A stretch of DNA of 52,239 bases, taken from positions 1-52,239 of the forward strand of contig JBGSUI010000052.1 of the NCBI GenBank assembly GCA_041736175.1, read 5' to 3'. Of the stretch, positions 8,636 through 18,718 are shown in pieces; the stretch's first letter is position 1; every line of letters begins with the position of its first letter. Origin of the DNA: Oligoflexales bacterium. GTDB lineage: Bacteria > Bdellovibrionota_B > Oligoflexia > Oligoflexales > CAIYRB01. The notes beneath the pieces were generated by a model that had not been told where the DNA came from, made no database searches, and worked only from the letters and a program-made list of their open reading frames with translations. The position numbers were made by a program, and so were the translations under genes.

Positions 8636-9358
8636 TCAGCGATCTCCCAGAGTCTTAAGCTTAAATTTCAGGATCCAAACTTTATAGATGGCCTCTAACA
8701 CAATCCGGCGGGATATCTTAGACTGGCCCGCGCGGCGCTCCTCAAATATGATGGGAAACTCGACAAAGGAGCACCCCCTCAACAGGGCCCGGTATTTGAG
8801 TTCGATCTGAAACACATAGCCGTTGGAAATAAAAGTCTCCAACTGCAGCTTTCTAAGGCAGGCGGACGACCAGGTGTTAAAACCACCCGTGAGGTCACGG
8901 ATCGGAACGTTGAGGACCCTGCGAGCATACCAGCTACCCCCTTGGCTGATAAGACGGCGCCAAAAGGGCCAGTTTTTAGTCGATCCTCCTTCCACATAGC
9001 GAGAACCCACCAAAAAATCGGGCTTCTTCGCAAGGATCAAATCCTTACAAGCTTTTAATCCTATCGGAGGGTGAGACAGATCTGCATCCATCTCCCCGAT
9101 ATAGTCGTACCCATGGTCCAGTCCATATTGAAATCCCGCCAAATAGGCTGAGGCAAGGCCACGTTTGCCCTCGCGGGACATCAGGTGCAGTCCAGGGTGG
9201 GATTTTTGGTACCGACGCACGATATCGCCCGTACCATCCGCGCTTTGATCATCGATCACCAGGATATCAAATCCCAGATCCAGACTAAAAATACTATCGA
9301 GCAAGAGTCCGATCGATTCGGCTTCGTTATAGGTCGGAACACAGATCAGTACCCGCAT
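8636..9358 (-). CDS. Polyprenol monophosphomannose synthase (GT2, DPM1-like)
   Basis: VPTYNE, DDQSADGT, MDADLSH, GSRYV.GG, D.TGGF, GY.FQIE, F.ERRAGQSK motifs. Confidence 0.9.
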   Translation of the reverse strand: MRVLICVPTYNEAESIGLLLDSIFSLDLGFDILVIDDQSADGTGDIVRRYQKSHPGLHLMSREGKRGLASAYLAGFQYGLDHGYDYIGEMDADLSHPPIGLKACKDLILAKKPDFLVGSRYVEGGSTKNWPFWRRLISQGGSWYARRVLNVPIRDLTGGFNTWSSACLRKLQLETFISNGYVFQIELKYRALLRGCSFVEFPIIFEERRAGQSKISRRIVLEAIYKVWILKFKLKTLGDR

Positions 9359-9503
9359 GAGTTGGTCAATCCTTTACTTACTCCAAAAACCCTATGGGTC
9401 ATGCCGTACCCTTGCCTAAGGGTGAGCCTCTTGATGCCAGCATCTGGTTAGAGTGCCAGCAACAGCCTAAGAACTCAATCGAAAATCAGCGTTTCCACTT
9501 TTG

Positions 9504-10892
9504 TTATGGTGTGAGTTCTACCAAAGGCAAGGGAGGCGGGATAAAAGCAGCGTCCTCTTTAACGGCAAGAGCGCTGATGGCTTGGGCGACGGAAAAGAGG
9601 ATATTGGAGTCTCCATTGTGGCTTGGGCCATAGGCGTCTCCAACAAATGCTAGTTTAGATGTGGCAAGGCCCTTGGAGCCCAGGCGCTCCTGCCATTTGA
9701 GGTCCGCGAGGGCTGGTGACTGGGCCCAGGCATCAGGCTGGAGGGCGATATGGCCAAACTCGCTAAAGGCTCCCGGGTACACTGCGAGGAGTTTTTTACG
9801 GCTTCGCTTGAGTGCTTTCACGGCTTTGATCACCGCCGGAGCTTGCATCGACAATTCGTAGTCAATGGTCGCTTGAAAACAAATCTCCCGTATCTCCCCA
9901 CCACCTGGTCCGACCACAAACTGAGTCCTCTCTGCGGGGATCAAACCGATATCTGGAAGAGAAACTTGGGGATCGAGGATTTGCTCGGACAGCACCACAA
10001 GGCTTACGGGTTTGGTTTTGAGAGCGATCTGCAGGATATGGGCGGGCCAAAAACCCTTAGGGAGCCAGTGCAAGGCATTCCATGGGGATTGGGCCACCAC
10101 AAGGGCCTTGGCGTGGATGATGTTTTGCTCACAGCGGAGTTCCCAAACTCCATCAGCCCAGCGGGCCGAGAGGATCATGTTGCGGACTTGGGTCGCTGCC
10201 TCTGCCCATAGAGTGGACTCCCAAAGGGCTGAGGCCAAGTCCCCACTAAAAGGAAGGTCCGCAAGGCGTTGGCTGCGGCTTTTAAGGGCAGCCGGACAAG
10301 CGGCCCATAGATCGGGGATGCCGCAGAGATTGGCTAAGTGCTCTAAGACGACTGCGGCAGGGCTTTTGCGAGGCCCGTTCCAAAGGTTGCCTATGGTTTG
10401 GGGGCGGGCCCCTTGGGTTTCTTCGGGAGACAGTTCTTGGGTCTCGATCTTTTCGAGGATCTTAGTCACATGGGTCCAGTCGCGGACCGCGGCGGGGCCA
10501 CCGAGTGCCTTAGCGGTTTTTTCGCTTAAAAAATCCCCCAAGGGAATCTCACTCAGCTTGCTTCCGGAAAGGATACCAAACCTCCCAAGGCGGCCAAGGG
10601 TTTCGGGAGGAGATAAGGGGGTGTTGGGGATCTGGAGGCACTGGGTCCAGTAGCGGACGATGGCCTCAGAAACATGACCCAGACCGTAACCAAAATACAG
10701 TGGCTTCTGGGATGAATGGGGCTCATTCGTCTGGGGTAAAGCTGTCGACACCAGCCGTCCGCCTAGATGATCCTCCTGTTCTACCACAACGATCGAGAGG
10801 TGGGGGGCCATCGACCGGATCCGCAATGCCGTCAGGACTCCTGCGAGGCTGCCGCCAGCGACCGCGATATCAAACGATTCTTTTTGATCCAT
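9504..10892 (-). CDS. FAD-dependent oxidoreductase
   Basis: Start moved to MDQKES (10892). Dinucleotide motif DIAVAGGSLAG...VVVE...LGGR and C-terminal FVGD. Confidence 0.7.
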   Translation of the reverse strand: MDQKESFDIAVAGGSLAGVLTALRIRSMAPHLSIVVVEQEDHLGGRLVSTALPQTNEPHSSQKPLYFGYGLGHVSEAIVRYWTQCLQIPNTPLSPPETLGRLGRFGILSGSKLSEIPLGDFLSEKTAKALGGPAAVRDWTHVTKILEKIETQELSPEETQGARPQTIGNLWNGPRKSPAAVVLEHLANLCGIPDLWAACPAALKSRSQRLADLPFSGDLASALWESTLWAEAATQVRNMILSARWADGVWELRCEQNIIHAKALVVAQSPWNALHWLPKGFWPAHILQIALKTKPVSLVVLSEQILDPQVSLPDIGLIPAERTQFVVGPGGGEIREICFQATIDYELSMQAPAVIKAVKALKRSRKKLLAVYPGAFSEFGHIALQPDAWAQSPALADLKWQERLGSKGLATSKLAFVGDAYGPSHNGDSNILFSVAQAISALAVKEDAAFIPPPLPLVELTP

Positions 10893-10958
10893 GGACACAG
10901 ATCCTTTACAACCGGTACGACCATACCACTCTTGAGTCACACCATAGGAGACACGGGC

Positions 10959-11795
10959 ATGATAAATCCCCAACATCCGGCACCCACAGGGCCGACTCTG
11001 GTAAAAGACCCCAAGGTCCTCCTCCATGTCAAGGGCCTCTGTAAAGCCTACCAGGGCCGTGATGTGGTTCAAAATCTGTCATTAACTCTCAGACAAGGTG
11101 AGTGCTTGGCTCTCTTAGGGCCTAATGGAGCGGGCAAAACCACGACTCTAGGGATCCTAGAAGGACTGATTCCTGCGGACTCAGGGGAGATCGAGTTTTT
11201 TGAAATAAAGGTTGGATCTGACAAACAGCATTGGCGCGGGATCAAACAACGTCTGGGAGTGGTGCTACAGGAATCCAGCCTCTATAAACGCTATACGGTA
11301 GAGGAGACCTTTAGGCTCTTTCGCTCCTTTTACACTACAGGAGTCGATCCCGCAGAGCTGATCTCGGTACTGGATCTCACCGAAAAAGCCGGGACCCAGG
11401 TGCGCCATCTCTCGGGGGGTCAGAAGCAGAGGGTGCTTATCGGCTGTGCCCTCGTCCATGACCCAGACTTGCTGTTTCTTGACGAACCGACCACGGGGCT
11501 TGATCCCCACCACCGCCGGGCCCTGTGGCAGATTCTCACCCAGCTGGTGACTGGAGAGTGGCGGTGGCCTTCAGGAAAACCCCCTAAACCCCGTGGCCTG
11601 TTGTTGACGACCCATTCGATGGAAGAAGCCGCTTTTCTCGCCCACAACGTCGCCATTATGGACCAAGGTCGCCTTGTGGCCATCGGCGGCCCAAGGGAGC
11701 TGGTCGACCAGCATATCGGCGCAAAGGTCGTGGAAACCCGTGAAGGGACTTTAGAGGATGTTTATCTAAAATTGACCGGTCATCCGCTCTTATAA
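10959..11795 (+). CDS. ABC transporter ATP-binding protein (ABC-2 type)
   Basis: AGGAG RBS then ATG 10959; GPNGAGKT, LSGGQ, LFLDEPT, TTH motifs. Confidence 0.92.
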   Translation: MINPQHPAPTGPTLVKDPKVLLHVKGLCKAYQGRDVVQNLSLTLRQGECLALLGPNGAGKTTTLGILEGLIPADSGEIEFFEIKVGSDKQHWRGIKQRLGVVLQESSLYKRYTVEETFRLFRSFYTTGVDPAELISVLDLTEKAGTQVRHLSGGQKQRVLIGCALVHDPDLLFLDEPTTGLDPHHRRALWQILTQLVTGEWRWPSGKPPKPRGLLLTTHSMEEAAFLAHNVAIMDQGRLVAIGGPRELVDQHIGAKVVETREGTLEDVYLKLTGHPLL

Positions 11796-11806
11796 CCTCT
11801 CCACAT

Positions 11807-11852
11807 GAGTTTATGGAGATATAAGCTAAGTCCCTTATATCTTCATAAACTC
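11807..11852. terminator. 19-bp inverted repeat after the ABC ATPase gene
   Basis: gagtttatggagatataag / cttatatcttcataaactc (one G-U pair), 8-nt loop, T-rich tract downstream. Confidence 0.5.
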
Positions 11853-11958
11853 CTTATATCTTTTTCTCAATCACATGTTTAATTTGCGGTAACCCTTCTG
11901 AATTTAATGATTTATACAGAAATTTTAAAAAAACCTGTAAAAAAATAATTCCAAAAGC

Positions 11959-11993
11959 TTGAGTTTTTCTTTGAGTAAGCCGATACTGCTTAC
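11959..11993 (+). promoter_or_regulatory. vapBC promoter with palindromic operator
   Basis: ttgagt-N17-gatact, with gtaagc-N7-gcttac inverted repeat (11975-11993) bracketing the -10 box; AGGAGG at 12006. Confidence 0.5.
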
Positions 11994-12017
11994 AGTAGGT
12001 TTACCAGGAGGTTTTTG

Positions 12018-12320
12018 ATGCAAAACATACCCCCACCGGAACTCGTCATAGTGTCGACCAAAGGACAGATCGTCATTCCGCGAGAGATCAGAGAACTTGC
12101 TGGCCTAGCCGCAGGTTCGAAGCTTGTTATCCAATTGCGTGAAGACGGGGTTTTAGAAATACGTCTCGCCAAAGGAGGAATCGAGGATCTATTTGGTATC
12201 GTGAGGAAGCTACAAAATGCTCCTCAAAAAGTCTCTTTGACAAAAAATCAAGAGGAAGATGCCATTATGGCAATGGTTGCAAAAGAAGATCAAAAAACAA
12301 AAAAATCCGGTGAAACATGA
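12018..12320 (+). CDS. vapB: AbrB/MazE/SpoVT-family antitoxin
   Basis: VSTKGQIVIPREIRE..GL..G..L motif; overlaps the PIN gene. Confidence 0.85.
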   Translation: MQNIPPPELVIVSTKGQIVIPREIRELAGLAAGSKLVIQLREDGVLEIRLAKGGIEDLFGIVRKLQNAPQKVSLTKNQEEDAIMAMVAKEDQKTKKSGET

Positions 12321-12721
12321 TTGCGGTTGATACCAATGTGCTTGCTCGTTCCATTCTTGATGATGACGAGGAACAGTCCCCTATCGCAAAAGATTTCTTA
12401 AGACGCCATACTGAAAAAGGCCGTCTTTATCTTTCGCCGTTTGTTATGATGGAACTCGTATGGGTCCTCAAATCGAGGGGACTAAAACGACACCAGATTG
12501 TTCCGATTTTGGAAAAACTTACAGAAATTGACGGGATTGATATCGGAAAACGTAATGTGATTGTTTCGGCATTAAACCTCTACCGCAAGTTTAATATCAG
12601 CTTTTCCGATTGCCTGATCGCTGCGGACGGCCAAATAACGGCTAACGCCCGTACAGCATCATTTGACGAAGCACTCCGAAAAAGCATCGCTTATTGCGTT
12701 GATCCGAAGGAATGCAAATAA
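12317..12721 (+). CDS. vapC: PIN-domain toxin
   Basis: MIAVDTNVLAR, E.VWVL, FSDCLI, SFD acidic PIN residues. Confidence 0.9.
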   Translation: MIAVDTNVLARSILDDDEEQSPIAKDFLRRHTEKGRLYLSPFVMMELVWVLKSRGLKRHQIVPILEKLTEIDGIDIGKRNVIVSALNLYRKFNISFSDCLIAADGQITANARTASFDEALRKSIAYCVDPKECK

Positions 12722-12736
12722 TTTGAGGGTTACGAC

Positions 12737-13819
12737 ATGAAGAGCCTTTATCAACTCTATCTGGCGAGGCTACGGGAATTTCGCAGGGAGCCGTCCGCAT
12801 TTTTCTTTGTACTGTTTGTGCCCGTCCTGTGGATGCTGGTCTTAGGCTTTGCCCTTGATAACAAAGCCCCTCAATCCAAGAAAATCGGTGTGTTGACCCA
12901 AGGAGATCAGTCGAGCCCCGGGGGGGTAGGAAGTGGAAGCAATAAGATTCACGAGATTTTGGCCAGTCTTACTGGGGTTACTGTCGTCAACGGGAGTGCA
13001 GAGCAACTCCAGACGCGGCTGCGCCGTGGTGAGCTAAACTTGGTTTTAGGGAGCGAAAAACTCAGCGATGAGACTCTACGAATTATTTACTATTTTGATG
13101 ACCAAAACCCCGAAGCACAGGTAGACCGCCTATGGGTTGATCGACAGATCCAAGGGCTCATGGGTCAAAAGGAGAGCCTGGCAACACGCGATGAGGCCGT
13201 CACGGGTTACGGGACCAGGTATGTGGATTTTTTGGTTCCTGGGCTTTTGGCAGTAAGCATCCTGTCGACGAGTCTTTTTGGAGTAGGAATGACGATTGTT
13301 TCTCACCGTAAAGACGGACTCCTTAAACAGCTTTTTGTCACCCCCTTAAGGCCCAGCTCCTATCTGGTTTCCCATGTGCTGAGTCGCACGACTATTCTCT
13401 TTGCTGAGGGAGGTCCTCTGCTCTTGGCAGCTTGGTTGATCTTTGGATTTAAAGTGACCGGAAGCTGGGCAGCTTTTTTGGGCCTAAGCCTCCTGGGAGC
13501 AGGAGCGACCACGGCTTTAGCCACGCTCCTCGGCTCCCGCCTGTCCCATACCGGGGCGATGAATGGCCTCAGCAATCTCTTGATGCTACCCCTTATGCTC
13601 CTGTCAGGAGCCTGGTTTAGCCGCCATCATTTCCCCCAGTGGCTCCAGACTTTTTCCAGCTACCTTCCCCTCACGGCTCTGGTCGATGGTTTGCGCAAGG
13701 TCGCTCTCGAAGGCTTAGGGTGGGAGGCGGTGGGGGCAGAAGCTCAGATCTTAGTTGTTTATATGGTCGTCGGGGTTTTTCTGAGCTCCCGGCTATTTAA
13801 ATGGTATGAAGCTGGTTGA
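12737..13819 (+). CDS. ABC-2 transporter permease
   Basis: REFRREP..FF, YVDFLVPGLL, LSGAWF, LPLTALVDGLR; multiple TM segments. Confidence 0.9.
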   Translation: MKSLYQLYLARLREFRREPSAFFFVLFVPVLWMLVLGFALDNKAPQSKKIGVLTQGDQSSPGGVGSGSNKIHEILASLTGVTVVNGSAEQLQTRLRRGELNLVLGSEKLSDETLRIIYYFDDQNPEAQVDRLWVDRQIQGLMGQKESLATRDEAVTGYGTRYVDFLVPGLLAVSILSTSLFGVGMTIVSHRKDGLLKQLFVTPLRPSSYLVSHVLSRTTILFAEGGPLLLAAWLIFGFKVTGSWAAFLGLSLLGAGATTALATLLGSRLSHTGAMNGLSNLLMLPLMLLSGAWFSRHHFPQWLQTFSSYLPLTALVDGLRKVALEGLGWEAVGAEAQILVVYMVVGVFLSSRLFKWYEAG

Positions 13820-13835
13820 TGTTTTGCACTAAGAT

Positions 13836-15176
13836 TTATTTACAGCATGAAACAGATTTGACCCGGTAACAGCCTGTGCCAGGATCATCCGCCCGCACAG
13901 TCGTGTCGCAGATAAAGCCAAATACGCGCCTTAATTTAACTCCCTTGATATACTCTCCATCTTCACATTTTCCACCTTCTCGCTCGCTACAGGAAGAGGC
14001 TTTTGTTTTCTTTTTCATACAGAGCAGGGACTTGATTCCATCGATGATATGGGTCGAGTCGCTATATCGATAATAGGAGACTCCAGCGGCATACTCATCA
14101 TCGCGGCAGCTGATTTCGTCGTCTGGAAGGATCTTGTTTGGTGCCTCTACATATCGGTAGGAGTTTATGGCTTCGTTTTTCATGGAAACTCCGCAGTCGA
14201 TCTGCAAGAGTGCTTTCGGCTTAATAGGCTCATAGGCGGTCTGCTTAAGGGCATAGATCGCTGTATCAGGTTTGCAGGATAGTTTGGTACGGGCCCAAGA
14301 CCAGTCCTCGTCCACATTAACCTGGTTGAAGTCTTTGGCCGCGCCGAGGGTTATGGCTGATGGAATGGTCTCTGCCTCGGGTGCTTGGCTCAAGACTTCG
14401 AAGTACTTAGAGAGGATTTGGGGAGTTTGGCCACGGATGACCCCCTCGGCAATGGGTCCAAAACCTTTGTTATCGACTTTTTTGTTGGTCACAACAACCA
14501 CCAGAGATTCCATAGGGCTCAGTTCAAATCTAACAAAGATGGAAGCATTGGAGTATTTCTTATCTGCTCCAGGAGCTAGCCCTTGGTAACTGATCACAGT
14601 TGAGTCCTCTCTGGTGTAGAAGCACTCTTGGAGATCAATCGCGGACGACCCAAAAGGATCTTTTACCGATTCCTTGATTTGATAGCAGTCCTTTTGTTGG
14701 GGGATCGTAGGAGGGTTGACAACCATATGGGAAAGTTCCATCCCATATTGGGTATCCACTGTACTGATGTTGAGAGATTTTTCCCGGACTCGATTGATCC
14801 CGGCCAGGTTCTTTTTGACTTTCAAAGCTCCGATAGAAGCAAAATGGGTATCATTACCGTTACTATTTAGTTTGATGACTTCGATGGCCTTTTGGGGGTC
14901 GCCTTGGCCGGTATATGAATTTTTTATCAGTTCGGATAGATCGATCGTCTTGCCACTCTGGTTTTTGGTGGGCTGACAAAGGTAGCCTATTTCGGTCTTA
15001 AAGTCTCCTTTTATGTTTGCTTCAGCGGTCGCGCAAAACTCTTGGAGGGCATTGCTGCCTGTGCTGGCGGCGCTTAGGGTGGCCTCTTGAGAACCATCGA
15101 GGCTGGTGGATCCCAACTTACAGGACATTAAACAAGAAAGACTGCTCAAGAAAATCACACGATTCAATTTTTTCAT
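13836..15176 (-). CDS. Hypothetical lipoprotein with Cys-rich C-terminal domain
   Basis: MKKLNRVIFLSSLSCLMSC lipoprotein-type signal; 446 aa; many Cys in the last ~150 aa. Confidence 0.7.
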   Translation of the reverse strand: MKKLNRVIFLSSLSCLMSCKLGSTSLDGSQEATLSAASTGSNALQEFCATAEANIKGDFKTEIGYLCQPTKNQSGKTIDLSELIKNSYTGQGDPQKAIEVIKLNSNGNDTHFASIGALKVKKNLAGINRVREKSLNISTVDTQYGMELSHMVVNPPTIPQQKDCYQIKESVKDPFGSSAIDLQECFYTREDSTVISYQGLAPGADKKYSNASIFVRFELSPMESLVVVVTNKKVDNKGFGPIAEGVIRGQTPQILSKYFEVLSQAPEAETIPSAITLGAAKDFNQVNVDEDWSWARTKLSCKPDTAIYALKQTAYEPIKPKALLQIDCGVSMKNEAINSYRYVEAPNKILPDDEISCRDDEYAAGVSYYRYSDSTHIIDGIKSLLCMKKKTKASSCSEREGGKCEDGEYIKGVKLRRVFGFICDTTVRADDPGTGCYRVKSVSCCK

Positions 15177-15247
15177 ACTTTCTCCGATTCTCTAAGAACC
15201 TCTGGGGAGGTTTGATGTAGGGACATTAAGGCTTGCAGAGGCCTAAG

Positions 15248-15263
15248 TGCAAACTTAATGCCA
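15248..15263 (-). promoter_or_regulatory. Sigma54 (-24/-12) promoter
   Basis: Minus strand TGGCATTAAGTTTGCA (GG-N10-GC), ~70 nt upstream of the lipoprotein gene. Confidence 0.6.
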
Positions 15264-15431
15264 CATCATTTTGCCTAGAAATCTTTGTGGTAACGCCGCA
15301 AAGAGATGTTGAGGCTTTAAACAGCAGTGTAAAAAAATATCGTTATTTGGTGAGATTCCCTGTTAGACTATAAGGGACTCATAAAAAATCATAGATTACG
15401 GTATAAACACAGAATCTGGAGAATGATTACG

Positions 15432-15926
15432 ATGAAAAAGATTTTTTTGGTATGTTGCTTGATCGCCTTGAGTGGCGTGGCCACAAGGGGTTTTGCCGCC
15501 GATGGTAGTAACGGCTGCGGTCCAGGCTGGTATATTCTCAAGGAGAATACCCTACTTTCTTCTGTCGGTCGGTCTATTACAAATTGGATTTTATTTCCCA
15601 TTTCTACCCTGGGGATGACTTTTGGAACCTCCAACTGCGCGGCCCATAAGCTGGTTGATAGTTCCAAAAAAAGCCTGCATTTTGCCACCAAAAGTCTGGA
15701 TATCCTCCGCCATGACTTGGTCAAGGGCCAGGGAGTCCATGGGTCTAATTTTATCGCGACCTTTGGGTGCTATGAAACTGTGCGTCCACAGGTTATGAGC
15801 CGCGTCCGCGAAGAGTTGCGCCTTAATCCCTTGACACTGGAAAGCCCCGACCTTCCCGTCTTGCTCGTGCTGATGACCCAAAAGGTGATCGACCGGGACC
15901 CTATCCTCGCTATGCAATGCGCTTAG
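15432..15926 (+). CDS. DUF3015-family secreted protein
   Basis: Signal peptide; GCGPGW, T.GMT.GTSNC and D...GQG.H pattern; paired with the DUF4105 gene. Confidence 0.75.
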   Translation: MKKIFLVCCLIALSGVATRGFAADGSNGCGPGWYILKENTLLSSVGRSITNWILFPISTLGMTFGTSNCAAHKLVDSSKKSLHFATKSLDILRHDLVKGQGVHGSNFIATFGCYETVRPQVMSRVREELRLNPLTLESPDLPVLLVLMTQKVIDRDPILAMQCA

Positions 15927-17845
15927 GGAAAGTCTTTTTAGGGATAGTGGTCTTTCTATGGGGTTGGTGGGAGGCTGTAGCCCTGGCCCAGACTGGAAAA
16001 GGTGAGGCTCCTACGAGGTGGGAGGGGTTGTCCCCCGAAACCCGTAGGGGATGGACGCGTATCCTGGAGTTGACTCTTAATCCCACGGAAGACCCGCGAC
16101 AAGAGTGGCTCGACGTCCGTGCCTTGGCCCAACTCGATCCAAAGGTCAACCAAGGGGTGCGGGAGTCCTATGGGTGTCGTTTCCCTGCTCGGTGGCGGTA
16201 TTTTTTCTATGGGACCCACCAAAGCTATCAGGAACTCCGCTGCCCCGATCTTGTTGAGTGGCAACAGCAGATGACTCCCCTGTCTATCAGTTTTGTGTTT
16301 GCCAGTGCTTATCTAGGTAATCCTGCCTCGATGTTTGGACACAACTTTATCAGGCTAAACCTTGCCGGAACTCCAGGATCCACCAGGCACGATCAAGAAA
16401 ATATCCTCGATTACGGGGTTGCTTTTATGGCGGCGACACAACCTGACGACTGGCTTCGTTACGTGTATAGGGGGTTGACGGGAGGGTATATCGGGGGCTT
16501 CCTCGTCCAACCCTACTATGAGCTGCTCAACCACTATGCCTATGGCGAAGGAAGAAACCTCTGGGAGGTGGAGATTCCTCTGACCGAGTTTGAGCGACTC
16601 CTTTTACGAGATCATCTCTGGGAGGTGCTGCATTCAGGTTTTACCCCCTATTATTTTACCCATGTCAATTGTTCTTCTATGCTCCTAAAGTTTATCGATG
16701 CCATCAAACCCTCCTGGTCTTTGCGGGACCAGATCGGTGGGATCGTCGCTCCACCCCAGGCCTATAAAGTCGTCTATCAGGCTTTGTTAGCAGAGCATGG
16801 CCCCAATCTGAAAGATCTCGAATTCTTTTGGCCGTCCACCAGAACTTTGTTTTTAAACCAAATGAGGTTGATTTCTCCCTCTGAACGGCTGGCAGTCCTA
16901 GAGATCATCGAGCAGAGTCTATCTATAAATACTCCAGAGTATAAGCAGAGTGTCAAAAGCCTAGGCAACCTCGGCCAAAAGCCCCTAGAAGCGGCCCTGG
17001 CATGGATCCAACTCCGTAAGTCAGACCTGACCTACGCAGAACAAACCTCTATAAGAACCCTGGAAGACTCTCTTATGGCCGCGCGATTAGACCTGCCAGC
17101 TACAGAAGAGAAGGAGCCCTCCGTGTCCCAGATTTCTAAACAAGACTCTCCCGGACAAAGTCACCCGGCAGGTGCGGTGGGCGCGGGGGTGGGGTGGTCG
17201 TCCCATCGCGGAGTCAGTCTTGAATGGGCGGGGAGGCTAGGACACCATGACTTTCTCGACCCGGGTGGTGGGTTTGACCCATATTCTTCCATCGAGTACC
17301 TGAGCCTTAGGGTGTCTCAGTCCCAATCCCCAGGTAAACCCCAAGACACCTTGTGGAACCTTAAGGTGGCCGAGATCAGCTCTTTCCCTGTCGTGAGCGA
17401 CTTTGAAAAAAACCTAAGTTGGACGGTCCAAGGAGGTGGTGGGCAGGGGGCTACATTTGTCGAAAAATATGTTTATGGCAAAGGCGGGGTTGGCTGGTCC
17501 TTTGAGGCTCCCTGGCTGGGCAACGACCAGGCCCTGGTGAGTGGCTTAGCAGGTCTAACCCTTGTCCAGCAAGTCTCAGGTCCCCGGGCCTACGGCCTTA
17601 GTCTAAGTCCCATTTTAAAGATATTACGCCCCATGGGGAGCGGACTAAACCTCAGCGTGCTACTGGAGTCGTATCATGGAATCTTGGGACGGTGGTCAGA
17701 AGTGGCATCTAAGGAGCGAGGTCCTTTGTCGGCAAGCTTGGAGCTGCGCAAAAATTGGGGGCTTCAAAGTTTTATGGATTTCCAGTGGATCACTGATTTT
17801 GATGGCTCACACTCTTTCAAAACCATTTGGTCCTATCGATTTTGA
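15917..17845 (+). CDS. DUF4105 (Lnb N-terminal-like) domain protein with probable C-terminal beta-strand region
   Basis: CRFPAR, FASAYLGNPASMFGH, YY...Y...E.R.LWE, Y.F...NCS; ends in YRF. Confidence 0.8.
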   Translation: MRLGKVFLGIVVFLWGWWEAVALAQTGKGEAPTRWEGLSPETRRGWTRILELTLNPTEDPRQEWLDVRALAQLDPKVNQGVRESYGCRFPARWRYFFYGTHQSYQELRCPDLVEWQQQMTPLSISFVFASAYLGNPASMFGHNFIRLNLAGTPGSTRHDQENILDYGVAFMAATQPDDWLRYVYRGLTGGYIGGFLVQPYYELLNHYAYGEGRNLWEVEIPLTEFERLLLRDHLWEVLHSGFTPYYFTHVNCSSMLLKFIDAIKPSWSLRDQIGGIVAPPQAYKVVYQALLAEHGPNLKDLEFFWPSTRTLFLNQMRLISPSERLAVLEIIEQSLSINTPEYKQSVKSLGNLGQKPLEAALAWIQLRKSDLTYAEQTSIRTLEDSLMAARLDLPATEEKEPSVSQISKQDSPGQSHPAGAVGAGVGWSSHRGVSLEWAGRLGHHDFLDPGGGFDPYSSIEYLSLRVSQSQSPGKPQDTLWNLKVAEISSFPVVSDFEKNLSWTVQGGGGQGATFVEKYVYGKGGVGWSFEAPWLGNDQALVSGLAGLTLVQQVSGPRAYGLSLSPILKILRPMGSGLNLSVLLESYHGILGRWSEVASKERGPLSASLELRKNWGLQSFMDFQWITDFDGSHSFKTIWSYRF

Positions 17846-17935
17846 AGGTTGATGATTATGGGAAAAACAACTGCACAAATACCTGTTTGATCATTAAGTA
17901 GGAGTGCCTCAGGAAAGGTCTCCTTTTTAAGTGGA

Positions 17936-18718
17936 TCACCTCTTTGATAAACTCGTGTTGAAATTTTTTTCATATATTATCCTAGCTTGCAGCCAGTTTT
18001 TTTTCATGGGCGAAGGTGTTTTGATTTTGGTCCACTGCCACCCACCTTCTTCTAATGCTTCCCTGACGGCACGAGCGACACTGTAAGTCATGAGAATAGT
18101 CTCTCCGTGGCTGTCTTGGAATAGCTTTTTAAACCACGGGCCATCCCACATGGTGGGATTACAACGAGGGGAAAACGGGTCTTGCCAAATATAGTCCCAT
18201 TGTTTAACGGTAGAGTAGGGAAGGGGTTCTGATCGAGCGTCTCCGAGAAATATCTCCCAGGTAAGAGTAGCATCAGCATGCGGATGTTTGGTGATGCTCT
18301 GCCACTGCTGGGAGTTGATGTTGCGAAACGTCGACAAAATAGCTTTTAATTTTGGATCCCAATTGGTGGTCCAGGGGGCAACACCCGAGATCACGTTAGT
18401 GACAAGGTCTGGACTGTTTTCCAAGCTAGCGATATAAAGATTTCCAGGCTGGTGGGCTTCTAGCCATGCCCGGATCGTCTCTATGGCGTTATAGGCAAGC
18501 CCTAGCCCGACATCCAAAACATTTGTGGTGGTAAATGGCGAAACTAACTTTTGAGCAAAATGTCCTAGTAGGCCGCTGGCTTCGACGTACAGCTCACGGG
18601 CTTCCCGTCTTGCTCCAAACCGAGAGTGGTAGGTCTCGCCGAGTGCGGGGTCAAGTATGGTCAAACTGCCATCTTCCGTAACGACTAGAGATCCCATGGA
18701 AGGGTGAGAGGTAGTCAT
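17936..18718 (-). CDS. mnmD: MnmC-type (MnmD) tRNA mnm5s2U methyltransferase-like protein
   Basis: TEDGSLT...ETYHS..GA..EA, LDVGLGLAYN, GDA, DPFSP..NP.MW, TYS.A..VR..L. Confidence 0.75.
   Translation of the reverse strand: MTTSHPSMGSLVVTEDGSLTILDPALGETYHSRFGARREARELYVEASGLLGHFAQKLVSPFTTTNVLDVGLGLAYNAIETIRAWLEAHQPGNLYIASLENSPDLVTNVISGVAPWTTNWDPKLKAILSTFRNINSQQWQSITKHPHADATLTWEIFLGDARSEPLPYSTVKQWDYIWQDPFSPRCNPTMWDGPWFKKLFQDSHGETILMTYSVARAVREALEEGGWQWTKIKTPSPMKKNWLQARIIYEKNFNTSLSKR

Noticed and set aside
10767..11072. Long N-terminal extensions of the oxidoreductase and ABC ATPase ORFs
   Set aside because: They would overlap head-to-head; motif positions and the RBS favour starts at 10892 and 10959.
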